A stretch of 64,000 nt of DNA. Source: Polyangiales bacterium. Lineage in GTDB: Bacteria; Myxococcota_A; Polyangia; Polyangiales; Polyangiaceae. Positions 52,410 to 61,048 of the stretch are shown one piece after another (within the stretch, counting starts at the first letter, position 1; each line of letters begins with the position of its first letter). The stretch is from NCBI GenBank assembly GCA_038231275.1, contig JBBRLQ010000008.1, forward strand, positions 192,001 through 256,000, written 5' to 3'. Both the position numbers and the translations under genes were made by a program. The notes below the pieces were generated by a model. The model saw only the letters and a list, made by a program, of their open reading frames with translations, was not told where the DNA came from and searched no databases.

Positions 52410-54458
52410 TCAGGTGACCTTGTGCATCAACGTCCGTAGGGGCCGGATGAGGATCGCGCTCACGACGACGCCGACGATGCTGGTTATGACGAAGAGCCAG
52501 AAGTAGCTCGACGGCGTGATCTTCCCCCACGACTCGCCGATGGCGCCACCCATGTATTGTGCAACCGAGCTCGCGAGCAGCCACACGCCCATGAACAGCG
52601 ACGCGAAGCGCACCGGTGCCAGCTTCGTCACCATCGATAGACCGACCGGCGACAAGCAGAGCTCGCCGAGGGTCGCGAGGAAATAGCTCAAAAACAGCCA
52701 GAATCCGCTCACGCGGGCGAGCCAGCTCTTCTTCTCCAAATCCTTCAGCGGCTTCCGCCATTCGGGCGCGGCGCCCGCCCCCACGAGCGCCGTCTTGGTC
52801 GGCGCGTCGAGGGGAGCCGTGAACGTGAACTCTCCCTCCGGCGCGATTACGACGTTGTGCGCCTTCTGCTCCTTCTCGTCGAACGGCGCCTCGAACGTCC
52901 GCATCACATCGAGGTGCACCTTCACGGGATCCTTGTCGGTCGCCTTCGCCGCCGCGGCCTCCGCCTTCTCGACATCCTTGAGCCACGTCGCCGGCACCGT
53001 GCGTTTCAGCGCGTCGTTGACGACGAACGGCGGGAGCACGCCGCGCACGACGAGCTCCTTCTTCGCCGCGTCGTAGGTGAGGCGCTTGGCGTCGACGAAC
53101 GCGTCGTCCCCCTTTTCGCCCGCCCACGCGAGCGCGTCGCCCTCGGCCTTCAGCTCCGGCGGCAACGTCTCCAGCGCCACGCGGCTCTCGTGCGCGTTCT
53201 CCGACGCGGCGCCGGCGACCATGGTGCCGAAGCTGAGGACCATGAAGATCATCGCAAGGAACATCTTCGTCGGCGTCGACGGCTCCTTGCCGCCTCGCGC
53301 CAGGTACACCCAGAGACCGGCGTAGATCGGCGCCAAGACCACGATGAAGATGGCGTTGGCGGACTGCCACCACGCCGCCGGGTACTCGAACGTGCCGATC
53401 ATGCGATCGGTGTGCACGTCGGCCCAGATGTTGAGTGCGTTGCCCGCTTGCTCGAAGGCCATCCAGAAGAGGACGGCGAACACGAAGAGCACGAAGATGA
53501 CCGTGCTGCGATCGCGCGATGCTCCCTTGATCGTCGTCAGCGTGTAGCCCATCCCGCCGCTGATGGCGGCGAAGGCGATAGGCATGATCGCGTCCTGGAG
53601 CGGGGCTACGCCGCGGACGACCATCAGGATGTAGTAAATCGGCACGCCGACGCCGATCGCGATCATGACGAGCGGGTAGATCTTGGCGACCATGCCCGCG
53701 ATGCCGCCGGCGCCCGCTTCGCGCTCCTCCTCCACGTTGGAGCTCTTCTTCGTCGCGCCGAGATCGGCCTTGGACGCCTTCTCGATCGTCAGCTCGTTGC
53801 CGGCGGCGGCGATGTCCTTCGTGATGCGTGCCTGACCGAGCAGGAAGACGGTGAGGCCGATGATCATTCCCACGCCGGCCGCCATGAAGCCGTACTTGGG
53901 CGCGAGCTTCTGAGCGAGCGTGCCGCAGATGAGCGGTGACAGGAATGCGCCGAGGTTGATGCCCATGTAGAAGATGGTGAACGCGCCGTCTCTGCGCGCG
54001 TCGCCCTGCCTGTACATCTTGCCGACCATCGTCGAGATGTTCGGCTTGAAGAAGCCGTTCCCGAAGATGATGAACCCGAGCGCCGGGTAGAAGAGCGCCT
54101 CGACGCCGAGCATGAAGTAACCGGCCGCCATCAGCGCGCCGCCGATGATGATGCTGAAGCGCAGCCCCAGGAGGCGGTCGGCGATGTAGCCACCGGCGAG
54201 CGGCGTCAGGTAGACGAGGCTCGTGTACCACTTGTAGACCGACGACGACGCCTGCGGTTGCCACTGCAGGTAGTTGATCATGTAGAGGACGAGCAGCGCG
54301 CGCATCCCGTAGTAGCCGAAGCGCTCCCACATCTCCGTGAAGAAGAGGAAGTAGAGGCCGCGCGGATGACCCTCAGGCTTGTCGGGCGGGCCCGGGGCGG
54401 CAAGGGACTTCAGCGTGGTCTCGACCAACTTTTCGCCAGACTTCGCGGAATCGCTCAC
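52410..54458 (-). CDS. proton-dependent oligopeptide (POT/PTR) MFS transporter with large loop insertion
   Basis: GHPRGL..EMWERFGYYGMR (ExxER), GNGFFKPNIS, FYMGINLG, GELCLSPVGLS; GTG start with GGAGGT RBS. Confidence 0.95.
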   Translation of the reverse strand: MSDSAKSGEKLVETTLKSLAAPGPPDKPEGHPRGLYFLFFTEMWERFGYYGMRALLVLYMINYLQWQPQASSSVYKWYTSLVYLTPLAGGYIADRLLGLRFSIIIGGALMAAGYFMLGVEALFYPALGFIIFGNGFFKPNISTMVGKMYRQGDARRDGAFTIFYMGINLGAFLSPLICGTLAQKLAPKYGFMAAGVGMIIGLTVFLLGQARITKDIAAAGNELTIEKASKADLGATKKSSNVEEEREAGAGGIAGMVAKIYPLVMIAIGVGVPIYYILMVVRGVAPLQDAIMPIAFAAISGGMGYTLTTIKGASRDRSTVIFVLFVFAVLFWMAFEQAGNALNIWADVHTDRMIGTFEYPAAWWQSANAIFIVVLAPIYAGLWVYLARGGKEPSTPTKMFLAMIFMVLSFGTMVAGAASENAHESRVALETLPPELKAEGDALAWAGEKGDDAFVDAKRLTYDAAKKELVVRGVLPPFVVNDALKRTVPATWLKDVEKAEAAAAKATDKDPVKVHLDVMRTFEAPFDEKEQKAHNVVIAPEGEFTFTAPLDAPTKTALVGAGAAPEWRKPLKDLEKKSWLARVSGFWLFLSYFLATLGELCLSPVGLSMVTKLAPVRFASLFMGVWLLASSVAQYMGGAIGESWGKITPSSYFWLFVITSIVGVVVSAILIRPLRTLMHKVT

Positions 54459-54517
54459 TCGTACCTCCGGGGCCCGCGTACGGAAAACCCTGCGGACTCG
54501 CTTGTCAAGCGCGTCGA

Positions 54518-55783
54518 TTATTTCTGCAGGGTTTTGGCACGCAGATCCCGTCGCCAGCGGATCTCGGAGGCGCCGGCGAGGGCGGCGTGCTCGGCGAGGG
54601 CGGCGTCCAGCGCCGGCGCGAAATCGGGGTGGGACGACGCACGGAAGCCCGCCTCCAGCTTGAGCAGGTCCACGTGGAGGATGCCCGTCGCGCGGGCGAT
54701 GCGCGGCTCGATGCGGCCGACGAGCGCGTCGCCGAAGAGGAGCGGGAGCACGTAGTAGCCGTGCTTGCGCTTCGCGACCGGCGTGTAGACCTCCCACTTG
54801 TACTCGAAGGAGAAGAGCTCGAGCACCAGGCGGCGGTCCCACATGAACGTGTCGAGCGGCGCGATGAAGGTGACCGCGCGCGACCTTCGTGGCGCCCGCC
54901 GCGTCGCCTCGAGGAGCTCGCGATCCGACGCGGGCAGGTAGCGCTCGCCCGACACGCCCTCGACGACCACCGGAACGAGCTCCCCTTCGGCCACGAGGTC
55001 GCGTGTGATGGTGCGCCGATCGGCGGGCAGCGCAGAGCCGAGCCAGACGAGCGGCGACCCTTTGAGGCCGAGGAGGCCCACCGCGCGGTATCTCGACAAG
55101 ACCCGATGGCGCGTGGCTTCGCGCAGAGGCACGCGCTCGGCCAGGAGCGACGCCGGGAAGAGCGCTTCGGTGAGGTGGTACGTCTTCGTGTTGCCGCGGC
55201 GTCCGGCCACCGAGATCTCGCCCGTGCAGAACATCGCCTCGAGCACCGCCTTCGTCGCAGTGGCCCGCCCCCATCCCCACGCGACTTGCACGTCGCCCTT
55301 CGTCGCGAACGCCACCGCGGCGAGCGGCCCCTCGCGGGCGAGGCGCGCGCGGATCGCCTTTCGCACGCGCGGGTGGTCGGCGAGGATGGCCCCCTTCGCC
55401 TCGTAGCGAGCGCGCGCGTGCTCCCACGCGATGCGGTGGAACGGCAGCTCCGCGGTCGGCAGGACGTTGAGCGACTTGTTGAACGCCTCGAAGAGCGCGC
55501 GCGACTCGGGCGCGCCGTACAAGAGTCCGTCGATCCACTCGGGCCGATGCCCGCGGATTCGCGCCGCCAGGACCAGATCGTGGTTCTTGGCGCCGGTCGT
55601 CGCGAGAGGATCGAGCTGAAGCGAGCCGAAGCGCTCGACGACACGCAGGATGGACTCCGGCGACCCCGGCAGCGCGCGGGGCGGTGAGAGCTGCTGACGC
55701 GCGACGAAGAAGCGGCGCGCGTGCGCGGCGTCGAGGCGGAGCGGCGTGGGACCGGTCGAGAGCACGAGCGCGTGATTCTGCAT
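54518..55783 (-). CDS. YcaQ/AlkZ-like (HTH_42) crosslink-repair DNA glycosylase
   Basis: LQLDP (QxD), FIAPLDTFMWDR, FEYKWEVYTPVAKRKHGYYVLPLL; start uncertain. Confidence 0.9.
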   Translation of the reverse strand: MQNHALVLSTGPTPLRLDAAHARRFFVARQQLSPPRALPGSPESILRVVERFGSLQLDPLATTGAKNHDLVLAARIRGHRPEWIDGLLYGAPESRALFEAFNKSLNVLPTAELPFHRIAWEHARARYEAKGAILADHPRVRKAIRARLAREGPLAAVAFATKGDVQVAWGWGRATATKAVLEAMFCTGEISVAGRRGNTKTYHLTEALFPASLLAERVPLREATRHRVLSRYRAVGLLGLKGSPLVWLGSALPADRRTITRDLVAEGELVPVVVEGVSGERYLPASDRELLEATRRAPRRSRAVTFIAPLDTFMWDRRLVLELFSFEYKWEVYTPVAKRKHGYYVLPLLFGDALVGRIEPRIARATGILHVDLLKLEAGFRASSHPDFAPALDAALAEHAALAGASEIRWRRDLRAKTLQK

Positions 55784-55815
55784 GCCGCGCCCCGATTTGG
55801 GTACCCTCATCGCCG

Positions 55816-57363
55816 ATGGCCGATCCTCGCGCGGACGATGCGGAAGGTGCACGCGAGGTGCCGCGCGCCGAGCAACCCGAGCATGCCGAGCACGGCGACG
55901 CGCAGGCCGACGCCGCGCTGAAGCGCCTTGGGTACGCGCAAGAGCTCCTACGCGCGATGGGCGGATTTTCGAGCTTCGCGCTGAGCTTCTCGGTCATCAG
56001 CATCCTCACCGGCGTCACGACGACGTACGGGATCGCGCTCGCTGGCGGCGGACCGGCGGCGCTCGGCTTCGGGTGGCCGCTCGTCGGCCTCGGCACGCTC
56101 GTCGTTGGCCTCGCGATGGGAGAGCTCGCGAGCGCGTTCCCGACCGCCGGCGCGCTGTACCATTGGTCGTCGCTGCTCGGCGGCGTCGGCTGGGGATGGT
56201 TCACGGCGACGATGAACCTCGTCGGCCAGTGCGCGATCGTCGCGGCGATCGATCTGGGATGCGCGCACACGCTCGGCGCGACGCTGCACTTGTCGGCTTC
56301 GTGGGACATTCCGCTGCTCGGCGCGGTCCTTGCGACGCACGGCCTCCTCAACGCGCGTTCGGTACGCCTCGTCGCGGTGCTGAACGATCTCTCCGTCGCC
56401 GTCCACATCGTCGGCGTCCTCGCGCTCGTCGGCCTCTTGCTCGTCGTCGGCAAGGTCCATCCGGTGTCGTACCTCGCGCGCACGGGGTTCACGACGCGGC
56501 CCGACGGGCATTACGGCCTCGGGTTTTTGAACGCGCTGCTCCTTGGGATGTGGACGTTCACGGGCTTCGACGCGTCCGCCCACGCGAGCGAGGAGACGCA
56601 CGATCCTGCGCGGCGCGCGCCGTGGGGGATCGTGTCGGCGATCGTGGTGAGCGCCATCGCGGGCTTCGCGTTCGTCGCGGCGCTGACGTTGGCGGTGCCC
56701 GATCTCGCGGCGATCGCCGCCGACGAGAACCCGCCGATCGCGATCGTGCGTCACGCGCTCGGCGAGCTCGGCGGGAACCTCGCGATGGGCCTCGCCATCC
56801 TGGCGATGTGGTTCTGCGGCCTCTCCAGCGTGACGAGCGCGTCGCGGACGCTCTACGCCTTCGCGCGTGACGGGGGACTCCCCGCGAAGCTTCGTCGCGT
56901 GAGCCCCACCCACAGGACCCCCGAGGTGGCCATCGCCGTCGCCGTGCTCGCACCGCTTCTCCTCGTCCTCGCGACGCGCGCGCTCAGCGACGCGGTATTC
57001 CTCGCGGTCGCGTCGCTCGCCACGACCGCGCTTTATGTCTCGTACGCGACCCCCATCGCGCTCGGCGCGCTCGCACGACGATCGGGTCGATGGAAGAGGC
57101 GCGGCCCCTGGCATCTTGGCGGGCTCGGCGCGCCGCTCGCGTGGCTCGCCGTCGCGTGGGCCGTGTTCGTCCTCGTCGTGTGCGCGTTGCCCCCCAACGG
57201 CCTCGCCGGCGCGATGCTGGCGGGCCTCGTCGTGATCGTCGGCGGCGTGTACCACGTCGCAGTACGAGGGCGCTTCGCGGGGCCGAAGGTGCGCCTCGGC
57301 GATCTCGAAGGGAGCGCGCCGGCGTCGTCCGGCGTCACCCACGACCGGCGCGAAGTGGAGTAG
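55816..57363 (+). CDS. APC-family amino acid permease
   Basis: LGYAQEL.R, FALSFSVISI, ELASAFPTAGALY, GFDASAHASEET, SRTLYAFARDG. Confidence 0.93.
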   Translation: MADPRADDAEGAREVPRAEQPEHAEHGDAQADAALKRLGYAQELLRAMGGFSSFALSFSVISILTGVTTTYGIALAGGGPAALGFGWPLVGLGTLVVGLAMGELASAFPTAGALYHWSSLLGGVGWGWFTATMNLVGQCAIVAAIDLGCAHTLGATLHLSASWDIPLLGAVLATHGLLNARSVRLVAVLNDLSVAVHIVGVLALVGLLLVVGKVHPVSYLARTGFTTRPDGHYGLGFLNALLLGMWTFTGFDASAHASEETHDPARRAPWGIVSAIVVSAIAGFAFVAALTLAVPDLAAIAADENPPIAIVRHALGELGGNLAMGLAILAMWFCGLSSVTSASRTLYAFARDGGLPAKLRRVSPTHRTPEVAIAVAVLAPLLLVLATRALSDAVFLAVASLATTALYVSYATPIALGALARRSGRWKRRGPWHLGGLGAPLAWLAVAWAVFVLVVCALPPNGLAGAMLAGLVVIVGGVYHVAVRGRFAGPKVRLGDLEGSAPASSGVTHDRREVE

Positions 57364-57374
57364 CCTATGGCTCC

Positions 57375-58901
57375 ATGGGAGAGCCCATCTCTGGCCACTC
57401 CCGCGAAGGCGAGACCCTCTGCGGCAAGTACCTGCTCGGCGTGCGCCTCGGCCAAGGCGGCATGGGTCAGGTGTACCGCGCGCGCAACCTGCTCGTCGGG
57501 CGCGACGTGGCGATCAAGGTCCTGCGCCGCGAGCACGCCGAGAACGAGATCCTCGTCGGCCGCTTCCTCCGCGAGGCGCAAGCGGCGAACATCGTCCGGC
57601 ACGTCAACGTCGTCGACGTCCTCGACATCGGCAAGGACGAGCAAGGCGTCCCCTTCATCGTCCAAGAGCTCCTCGACGGCAAAGACCTCGGGAAACACGT
57701 CAAGGCGAGCGGCGGCAAGCTGTCCTTACGCGAGACGATGCGCTTCCTCGGTCCGGTCATCGAGGCGGTCGCGTCCGGCCACGAGCGCGGCGTCGTTCAT
57801 CGCGATCTGAAGCCGGAGAACGTGTTCCTCGCCGACATCGGCGGCAAGACGGTGCCCAAGCTCCTCGACTTCGGCATCTCGCAGATCCGTCCGAAGCCCG
57901 GCGACGTGAAGATGACGCAGGTGGGCACGATGATGGGCACGCCGCAGTACATGTCGCCGGAGCAAGTGAAGGGGCGCGAGATCGACCCGCGCACCGACGT
58001 GTGGTCGATCGGCGTGATGCTGTACGAGGTCCTCTCGGGCATGCGTCCCTTCGACGAGGACGTCCCCGCCATCTACGTCGCCATCTGCGGACACGATCCC
58101 ACGCCGCTCGAGACGTGCGCGCCCGACGTACCGGCCGGGATCGCGGACGTCGTCTCGCGGTGCATGCAGCGCGACGCGACGCTTCGGCCTGCCGACGCCC
58201 GCGAGCTCGCGCGCGCGCTTCATTCCGCCTACCAGGCGGCGCGCGCGGCCGGTCCCGCGAGCGCCTCCTTGCCGGCTGCCGCGCAGAGCGGGCGGAGCGG
58301 GCCACCCGCCCTGGACGAGCCGCCGCCAAAGGTGCCGTCGCTGCTCCCGCCGCCGACCTCGACGCCGCCACAGAAGGCCGCCGCATTCCAACCGACCTCG
58401 CCGCCGTCGGCGCCGACCTCGGCACCCGCGCGCACGAGCATGCCGCAGCTGACGGTGAACGTCCCGTCGGACTTCGACGACGACGACGACGACGCGGTGG
58501 CCCCACGCCGCTCGGGTCTCACCCTCGACGCGCCAGTATCGTCCGAGCGCCCGCGCGCTGTGTCGTCGTACACGGTCGCCCCGCGCGAACCGCACCCGGT
58601 GCCCGAGGGAGAGAGCGCCGCGCCGTACCTCGCGGGCGGCATGCTCGCGCTCGGCCTCGGCGTGGGGCTCGTGGGCTCTCTCTTTGGCTACGACGCCGCG
58701 CACGCCGAAGCCTTCGTCGCGGGCCTGCCCGACGGCGCGCGAATGGCGGTCGGGGCGCTGCTGTTCGGCCTCGGAGTCTTCGTCGGGTTCCGCACCTTCC
58801 GCGCCGCGCGCGACGCCCCCGACGAGAGGGGCATGGCGATCGGCGGCGGCGTGCTCGTCGGCGTCGTCGTCTTCGTCGGGCTCAAGCTTCTCACCGCGTG
58901 A
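57375..58901 (+). CDS. Ser/Thr protein kinase with C-terminal TM helices
   Basis: GQGGMG, VAIK, HRDLKPEN, DFG, GTPQYMSPE. Confidence 0.93.
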   Translation: MGEPISGHSREGETLCGKYLLGVRLGQGGMGQVYRARNLLVGRDVAIKVLRREHAENEILVGRFLREAQAANIVRHVNVVDVLDIGKDEQGVPFIVQELLDGKDLGKHVKASGGKLSLRETMRFLGPVIEAVASGHERGVVHRDLKPENVFLADIGGKTVPKLLDFGISQIRPKPGDVKMTQVGTMMGTPQYMSPEQVKGREIDPRTDVWSIGVMLYEVLSGMRPFDEDVPAIYVAICGHDPTPLETCAPDVPAGIADVVSRCMQRDATLRPADARELARALHSAYQAARAAGPASASLPAAAQSGRSGPPALDEPPPKVPSLLPPPTSTPPQKAAAFQPTSPPSAPTSAPARTSMPQLTVNVPSDFDDDDDDAVAPRRSGLTLDAPVSSERPRAVSSYTVAPREPHPVPEGESAAPYLAGGMLALGLGVGLVGSLFGYDAAHAEAFVAGLPDGARMAVGALLFGLGVFVGFRTFRAARDAPDERGMAIGGGVLVGVVVFVGLKLLTA

Positions 58902-58942
58902 CCGGCTTGCCACTCCCGCCAACCTCCCTTATTTCTGCGCGC

Positions 58943-59971
58943 GTGAGAGCGAGTGCGAAGCACGTCACCCTGAGGGCGGCGATCACGATGGCGATGGTGA
59001 TCGCCGCCGGACCTGCGAGCGCAGGCCCCGAGACCGCGCTGCGTGAGTTCGCGGGAGGCCAGGTAAAGAAGGGCGTCCGCACGATCGGCATGGGCGGCGA
59101 CGGCGCCACCACCGGCAACTACGCCCTCGTCTACAAAGACGCCGGCGGCGCCATCTTCGATCAGGGCATCGTCCGCTTCCAGGACACGGGCAACCTCTTC
59201 ACGTTCAGCGCGGTCGGCTTCACGACGCCGCGCTTCTGGGACGACGCGGCGTTCTACGTCATCGCGCTCGGCCAGCAGGGCAACGGCGTTCGCGTCTGGG
59301 ACTACTCGGCGCGGAGCGCGTCGAAGCCGCCGTCGCTCGGCGATCTCTCGGACACCTCGGTCTTCGTGAAATTCGCCAAGCCCCTCGGCAAGGCGTGGAG
59401 CCTCGGCTTCATGGGAGCCTTCGAGCTCTCGCAGGCGTCGCTGGTCCCCTTCAACGGAGCCGCGCCGATTCGATTCCACACGTCCTACCTCCCCTCGGGC
59501 GGCGCGGGCCTTCACTTTCACCCCGACGAGCACTGGCAGGCGGGGATCCGCGTCATCCTGAACCACGACAACGAGACGCGGACGCAGGGGTCGACGACCA
59601 AGACCGGCCTCCTTCGATCGTACGAGTACCGCGCGGGCATCGCCTACTCTCCGTGGGCCGGCACGCTCTTCGACGTCGGCGCCGCCGTCCTCGACCGCAA
59701 CAACGGCCTCGAGAACACCTCCTCCCTCGATCTCCATCCCACGATCGGCGCCGAGCAGGCGCTCGTGCGCAAGCGCGTGTGGGTGCGCGGCGGGCTCGAC
59801 GAGACGACGTGGACCACCGGCTTGAGCCTCGCGGTGATGCCGGTGAAGATCGATGTTGCGTACCTCTACAACCTCGCCGCCGCGCGCACGCAAGACGTGT
59901 TCGGAAAACGAAATACGAGCCTCATCGCGACGCTCAACATCCACTACGAAGCGATGCTCTCCAAGCATTGA
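58943..59971 (+). CDS. putative outer-membrane beta-barrel protein
   Basis: Signal-like N-terminus (AGPASA); RTIGMGG motif reminiscent of FadL/PorV-type barrels; amphipathic strands; start uncertain. Confidence 0.6.
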   Translation: MRASAKHVTLRAAITMAMVIAAGPASAGPETALREFAGGQVKKGVRTIGMGGDGATTGNYALVYKDAGGAIFDQGIVRFQDTGNLFTFSAVGFTTPRFWDDAAFYVIALGQQGNGVRVWDYSARSASKPPSLGDLSDTSVFVKFAKPLGKAWSLGFMGAFELSQASLVPFNGAAPIRFHTSYLPSGGAGLHFHPDEHWQAGIRVILNHDNETRTQGSTTKTGLLRSYEYRAGIAYSPWAGTLFDVGAAVLDRNNGLENTSSLDLHPTIGAEQALVRKRVWVRGGLDETTWTTGLSLAVMPVKIDVAYLYNLAAARTQDVFGKRNTSLIATLNIHYEAMLSKH

Positions 59972-59974
59972 CGC

Positions 59975-60011
59975 AAAAAAACGGGCGCCCCGGTTTTCCG
60001 GAGCGCCCGTT
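59975..60011 (-). terminator. intrinsic terminator for the minus-strand gene 60041-60985
   Basis: AACGGGCGCcCCGG-TTTT-CCGGaGCGCCCGTT hairpin with A7 on its left (U-tract on the minus strand). Confidence 0.8.
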
Positions 60012-60040
60012 GGAGGAGCGAGACGAGGTGCTCGTGACGT

Positions 60041-60985
60041 TCAGCGCGGGGGGCGGGCGAAGCGCGGGTCGCTGCCGGGGAAGGGGTTCGCGGTGTCGCG
60101 GCGGTTCAGCTCGCCGTTGCTCCAGCTGTCGTCGAAGCGATCGCCGCGCTCCGAGAAGAAGGCGACGCCGATGACGCCGACGTTGCGGGCGGTGCCGGTC
60201 TGCGCGGCGTACGAGTCGGCGACGGCGCCGAAGCGGAAGGCGGCGACGGCGTTCTGCGACTGGCGGAAGCCGTCGATCTCGAGGGTTGCGAAGGGCATGA
60301 GCACGTAGCCGCGGTTCGAGAGCGTGCCGGTCTTGCCGTTGATGACGTCGAGGCCGTCGACAGTGGCGACCGCCTCGAAGCGGTGGCCCGTGTGGTTGGT
60401 GAGGACGATCGTGTAGCGGTCGCCGGCCTGGCCGATGACGTACGTTCGGTCGCCGGCGCGAACGGCCTCGAGCGCGTCGCCCGAGCCGTCCTTGATCGCT
60501 ACGGAGATGGCGCCGTTGGCGGCGGAGAAGTCACGGCGGCGCTCGACGTTGCGCTGGTGGAACGTCGCCTGGGCCTCGACGCCGCGGCGATCGTTGTAGA
60601 AGAGGTTCGCGACCGCGAAGGGGCGATCGGAATCGGAGCGCGCGAAGGTCACGTCGTGGACGCGCGACTCGCGGCTCTCGCCCCACTCGGTGCCGAGACC
60701 GGGGCGGTCACGCGGCGGCTCGGGGCTGGGCGAGACCGATCGGCTCTCCGCGGCGGCGCCGGCGGTCGGCGACAACGTGGACGGCGGGGCCGGGGGCGGC
60801 ACGTCGAACGAGGTGCCCGAGGGGGCGGAGTCCGCCGAGCTCTTCGCCGAGCGGGGCTGGGACTGCGCGCTGCCCTCGTAGCTGCCGCCGCCGTTGCCGG
60901 GAGCCGCGGGGGCCTTCGCCGAACCGCCGCACCCCGAAAGGAGCATCACCACCACCACGCACCAGAGCCAAACTCGCTTCGTCAT
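60041..60985 (-). CDS. conserved hypothetical lipoprotein
   Basis: LSGC lipobox; GDRYTIVLTN..VDGLDVI..GYVL..IDGFRQS..SYAA..NVGVIGVAFF. Confidence 0.8.
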   Translation of the reverse strand: MTKRVWLWCVVVVMLLSGCGGSAKAPAAPGNGGGSYEGSAQSQPRSAKSSADSAPSGTSFDVPPPAPPSTLSPTAGAAAESRSVSPSPEPPRDRPGLGTEWGESRESRVHDVTFARSDSDRPFAVANLFYNDRRGVEAQATFHQRNVERRRDFSAANGAISVAIKDGSGDALEAVRAGDRTYVIGQAGDRYTIVLTNHTGHRFEAVATVDGLDVINGKTGTLSNRGYVLMPFATLEIDGFRQSQNAVAAFRFGAVADSYAAQTGTARNVGVIGVAFFSERGDRFDDSWSNGELNRRDTANPFPGSDPRFARPPR

Positions 60986-61048
60986 CTCACTGCCTCCTGC
61001 CCTCTTCAACGGGGGCGGGACGGCCGTTCTTACACCGGCGCGTGTCCT

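Noticed and set aside
54535-54550. TGGCACG possible sigma-54 site
   Set aside because: No GC at the -12 position and wrong orientation for the nearby gene
54459-56492. Apparent 1360-aa transporter fusion
   Set aside because: Upstream part overlaps the YcaQ-like and permease genes in non-coding frames; RBS and GTG at 54458 mark the likely start
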